Positions 29,202-32,000 of a stretch of DNA of 32,000 nt are shown here, piece by piece (the first letter of the stretch is position 1; the number at the start of each line of letters is the position of its first letter). The notes under the pieces were generated by a model. The model was not told where the DNA came from, made no database searches, and worked only from the letters and a program-made list of their open reading frames with translations. The DNA lies in contig NZ_JAGIOS010000003.1 of the NCBI RefSeq assembly GCF_017876815.1, forward strand, positions 630,001-662,000, in the 5' to 3' direction. A program made the position numbers and the translations under genes. The DNA is from Sinorhizobium meliloti (GTDB lineage Bacteria > Pseudomonadota > Alphaproteobacteria > Rhizobiales > Rhizobiaceae).

Positions 29202-29370
29202 ATGAGCAAGAAACCCGGCCGGAACCACCCCCGGGCTTTCAAGGGAGAAGTGGCCTGGTCGCCGTGAAGCGCAAGAAGACTCTGCCGAACTGGTCCAACG
29301 GTCTGATGTGCATCCCAACCGGATGAGCCAGTGGAGGGCCCAACTCCGAGGCGGCGCAGCCGGCGGTGGG
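29202..29370 (+). mobile_element. IS3-family orfA remnant, multiply frameshifted
   Basis: MSKKPGRNHPRAFKGEVA / LVAVKRKKTLPELVQRSDVHPNRMSQWRAQL spread over three frames. This resembles the IS3-family OrfA signature RNHSPAFKAKVAL...GEKTLAEL...FDVHPNQI..WK.QL. Confidence 0.55.
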
Positions 29371-29538
29371 GCATTGGGCTTATACACCTATCTGCATCGA
29401 GAGCGGCATGGCCCAGTTCCGCGTTTGCCGGCGCAGTGAATCGACGGTGGCGACTAAAAAACGCTTTACCGTCCTTCGTCACGGCTCTCCAGTACCTGAG
29501 TGCTGACTTTCCCCGGTTAGGGAAATTCCACTCTCATC

Positions 29539-30879
29539 GGTAGTGTGCTGAAGGTTCTGCAAATTCACTGAGAGAGGCGGTCATGGCAGGCTGGTGATGT
29601 TGAACGTCACCTGATTCCCTGGAAGGAACGCCACCATGACCAAGACTGAAGGTAGGACAGCCAGCGCCGCCGTCAAAGACATTTTGCTTTCGAACCCCGA
29701 TGGGCTGCGCGAGGTGATCCGCACGGTGATGCAGGAGGTGCTGGAAGCGGAGATGGACGAGGCGCTGGGAGCTGCGAAAGGCGAGCGCACGCCGGAGCGG
29801 CTCGGCTACCGTTCGGGCCACTATGGCCGCACGCTGATCACGCGGGTGGGCAAGCTCGAGCTGCGGGTGCCGCAGGATCGCTCGGGGCACTTCTCCACCG
29901 AATTGTTCGAACGCTACCAGCGCTCCGAGCGGGCGCTGGTGGCAACCTTGGCGGAGATGTATGTGCAAGGGGTGTCGACGCGGAAGGTCAAGGCGATCAC
30001 CGAGGAGCTGTGCGGCCATGCCTTCTCGGCGTCATCGATCTCGGCGATCAACAAGCGGCTGGACGAGAGCCTGAAGGCCTTTGCCGAGCGCTCGCTTCAA
30101 GAGCCGTTTGCCTACCTGATTCTCGATGCCCGTTATGAGAAGGTGCGCGAGGCCGGTGTGGTGATGAGCCAGGCGGTGTTGATCGCTGTCGGCATCGACT
30201 GGGACGGACGGCGGCAGATCCTGTCGGTCGAGATGGCCGGCCGTGAAAGCCGTTGCGCCTGGAAGGACTTCCTCGTCAGGCTGAAAGGGCGCGGTTTGAA
30301 GGGCGTCGAACTGGTGGTCTCCGACGACCATGCCGGTCTCGTCGCGGCAATTGGCGAGGTGATTCCGGAAGCTGCCTGGCAGCGCTGTTACGTGCATTTC
30401 CTCAGGAACGCCCTCGATCACCTGCCGCGCAAACATGGCGACGATTGCTTGCAGGAGCTTCGATGGCTCTATGATCGCCGCGACCTTGATGAGGCGAAGG
30501 CCGATCTCGCCGCGTGGCTGGGAAAATGGTCGGTCCGCTATCCGCGCCTGACCTCCTGGGTTGAGGAAACCATCGAGCAGACGCTGACCTTCTTTCGTCT
30601 GCCGCGCCAGCATCACAAGCACCTCAAGAGCACCAACATGCTGGAACGCCTCAACGAGGAAATCCGCCGCAGAACCTACGTCGTGCGCATCTTTCCCAAT
30701 ACCGAGAGCTGCCTACGCCTCGTCCGCGCGCTCGCCGTCGAAACCCACGAAAACTGGATGGAGGCCAATCGCTACATCAACATGGACGACCTGCGAGAGC
30801 ACAAGAAACTCGCACTCCGTCAAGCCGCATGACCAGCACGCATGACCGCCCAATTTTGCAGAACTTGACGCACACAACC
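29539..30879 (+). mobile_element. IS256-family insertion sequence (1341 bp; ISRm3-like) with an 8-bp target duplication
   Basis: The terminal inverted repeats are GGTAGTGTGCTGAAGGTTCTGCAAATT and GGTTGTGTGCGTCAAGTTCTGCAAAATT. The direct repeat CTCTCATC lies at 29531-29538 and 30880-30887. Confidence 0.9.
29636..30832 (+). CDS. IS256-family transposase
   Basis: 398 aa, ...EAEMDEALGAAKGERTPERLGYRSGHYGRTLITRVGKLELRVPQDRSGHFSTELFERYQRSE...MYVQGVSTRKV...DARYEKVRE...VVSDDHAGL... This is the mutator-type DDE signature. Confidence 0.95.
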   Translation: MTKTEGRTASAAVKDILLSNPDGLREVIRTVMQEVLEAEMDEALGAAKGERTPERLGYRSGHYGRTLITRVGKLELRVPQDRSGHFSTELFERYQRSERALVATLAEMYVQGVSTRKVKAITEELCGHAFSASSISAINKRLDESLKAFAERSLQEPFAYLILDARYEKVREAGVVMSQAVLIAVGIDWDGRRQILSVEMAGRESRCAWKDFLVRLKGRGLKGVELVVSDDHAGLVAAIGEVIPEAAWQRCYVHFLRNALDHLPRKHGDDCLQELRWLYDRRDLDEAKADLAAWLGKWSVRYPRLTSWVEETIEQTLTFFRLPRQHHKHLKSTNMLERLNEEIRRRTYVVRIFPNTESCLRLVRALAVETHENWMEANRYINMDDLREHKKLALRQAA

Positions 30880-30959
30880 CTCTCATCCATTTGTCGGCAG
30901 TGATCGCCGAAATTTCCAATCGGGGGCGCCATGACATTTCCACGGGACGAAGCGGTGAA

Positions 30960-31030
30960 CCTCAAGGAAAGGTCAACACCAATGAAACGACGAGCACTTG
31001 TGTTGGTCGAAGGATCAACGGGTAATGGCC
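30960..31030 (+). repeat. Copy B (most diverged) of the ATP-grasp 5' segment
   Basis: CCTCAAGGAAAGGTCAACACCAATGAAACGACGAGCACTTGTGTTGGTCGAAGGATCAACGGGTAATGG encodes MKRRALVLVEGSTGNG. The ATP-grasp N-terminus is MPRKVLILLEGTRMGTG. Homology is lost before the NifA UAS. Confidence 0.6.
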
Positions 31031-31098
31031 TACTAGACGTGCGCATATGCGGACCCTGGACGCGTGGCGACCAGGCATACGACATTGTCCGTCGCTTT

Positions 31099-31114
31099 TG
31101 TCGGCTTTACGACA
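31099..31114 (+). promoter_or_regulatory. NifA upstream activator sequence (TGT-N10-ACA)
   Basis: TGTCGGCTTTACGACA lies about 90 bp upstream of the -24/-12 promoter. Confidence 0.75.
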
Positions 31115-31199
31115 CAGATTGTTCCTCCAACCGTGCGGCCACTTTCCGATCTAACTCTCTGAAAAACAGCCATTAGCATTATTAGTAACTCCCTCGGCC

Positions 31200-31215
31200 T
31201 GGCACGACTTTTGCA
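31200..31215 (+). promoter_or_regulatory. Sigma-54 (-24/-12) promoter of nifH type
   Basis: TGGCACGACTTTTGCA matches TGGCAC-N5-TTGCA exactly. It is followed by a nifH-like leader and start codon. Confidence 0.85.
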
Positions 31216-31295
31216 CGATCAGCCCTGGGCGCGCATGCTGTTGCGCATTCATGTGTCGGAACAATCGAAATAGTTTAAACAACAAAGGAAGCAAG

Positions 31296-31604
31296 ATGGC
31301 AGCTCCGCGTCAGATCGCGTTCTACGGTAAGGGGGGTATCGGCAAGCCCACGCGGAAGGCTGAGCTGGTAACCGCGCCCATCGAAGATCGCAGCCTCGGC
31401 TCTCCGTCAAAAAACGAGGCGCACTTCCACAGCCGCATGAACGTCATGGCTAACATGCGCGGCGGCCACGGCTTCCGCGTTCCATCCGCAGCTTCAAGGA
31501 AGGCAATTAAACACAAATGGAAAGGTCAACCACTGCCGAAGAAAGCGCTGATTCTGCTTGAAGGCACTAAAATGGGTACTGGTCAGCCGCCAGTGGCGTC
31601 ATGA
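31296..31604 (+). CDS. Chimeric ORF: first ~17 codons of nifH fused to unrelated sequence and to copy C of the ATP-grasp 5' segment (mos ORF1-like)
   Basis: [17 protein letters not shown] (the NifH N-terminus and P-loop), then [16 protein letters not shown]..., ending [27 protein letters not shown]. It has RBS AAGGAAG. Its stop overlaps the next ATG (ATGA). Confidence 0.6.
   Translation: MAAPRQIAFYGKGGIGKPTRKAELVTAPIEDRSLGSPSKNEAHFHSRMNVMANMRGGHGFRVPSAASRKAIKHKWKGQPLPKKALILLEGTKMGTGQPPVAS
31491..31587 (+). repeat. Copy C of the ATP-grasp 5' segment
   Basis: GCTTCAAGGAAGGCAATTAAACACAAATGGAAAGGTCAACCACTGCCGAAGAAAGCGCTGATTCTGCTTGAAGGCACTAAAATGGGTACTGGTCAGC. By eye it is about 85% identical to 27822-27921. 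Confidence 0.8.
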
Positions 31605-31798
31605 TCAGCGACTCCTCCGACCACCGCTTCGATGCAATGCCGTTTGGCGGTTTCAAATATGACGGCATGGACCGCGAGGGCGTCCGATTTGCCTCTGAGG
31701 ACATGACGCAGCCGAAGGTGGTGTGCATCAACCGCATGAAAACACAGAGCCACGCCTGCTCAAATCCATCCACAACTCAAGGGGCAAAGAATGTTTGA
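31601..31798 (+). pseudogene. Aldehyde dehydrogenase C-terminal remnant kept as a short coupled ORF
   Basis: [39 protein letters not shown] matches the ALDH C-terminal PFGG-K-SG-GRE ... E-K motif. Only about 40 homologous codons are present. Its stop overlaps the next start. Confidence 0.6.
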
Positions 31799-32000
31799 GG
31801 GTTCGATTACCGCGCTTGTCACGCCTTTTGCTGATGATCGCATCGATGAGGTTGCATTGCGCGACCTCGTCGAGTGGCAGATCGAAGAGGGATCCTTCGG
31901 TCTCGTTCCATGCGGGACAACAGGGGAAAGCCCGACGCTCAGCAAATCCGAGCATGAGCAGGTGGTCGAGATCACGATCAAAACCGCAAACGGGCGTGTG
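31791..32000 (+). CDS. mosA: 4-hydroxy-tetrahydrodipicolinate synthase (DapA) family protein, N-terminal part; MosA-like by context (partial, runs off the window)
   Basis: [70 protein letters not shown]. The DapA signature GTTGE is present. RBS AAGGGG. It lies downstream of the nifH-type promoter mosaic. Confidence 0.7.
   Translation, partial: MFEGSITALVTPFADDRIDEVALRDLVEWQIEEGSFGLVPCGTTGESPTLSKSEHEQVVEITIKTANGRV

Noticed and set aside
30032-30622. 196-aa minus-strand ORF.
   Set aside because: It is antisense to the IS256-family transposase.

Overview
This window is a highly mosaic segment of a rhizobial symbiosis plasmid. The FixK, FixJ and NodD sequences look like Sinorhizobium/Ensifer meliloti pSymA as I remember them.

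Left to right, it contains:
1. The end of an IS21-family element.
2. A GntR regulator.
3. A nod-box-driven host-range operon on the minus strand: nod box, nodL, an unlisted small membrane ORF, a noeA-like methyltransferase and a noeB-like sulfatase-superfamily membrane protein.
4. A partly decayed copy of the fix cluster. fixNOQP, fixK, fixT and both FixK boxes are intact. fixL is reduced to about 80 codons. fixJ is frameshifted. A PNPOx-like gene is frameshifted. fixGH is absent and fixI is shattered.
5. A graveyard of mobile elements, read as nested insertions: an IS630 gene interrupted by an IS21 end, which carries a second IS21, which carries a group II intron.
6. nodD with an orphan nod-box-like site.
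7. An IS66 element whose tnpC is split precisely by a 2587-bp unit encoding a large serine recombinase.
8. A solitary ATP-grasp ligase gene.
9. An IS256-family element with an 8-bp target duplication.
10. A NifA/sigma-54 nifH-promoter cassette fused to a chimeric ORF, an aldehyde dehydrogenase remnant and a dapA/mosA-like gene that runs off the window. This resembles the mosaic rhizopine (mos) locus.

I saw no rRNA, tRNA or CRISPR array. All calls come from reading the sequence and from remembered family signatures. No database search or computed statistic was available.
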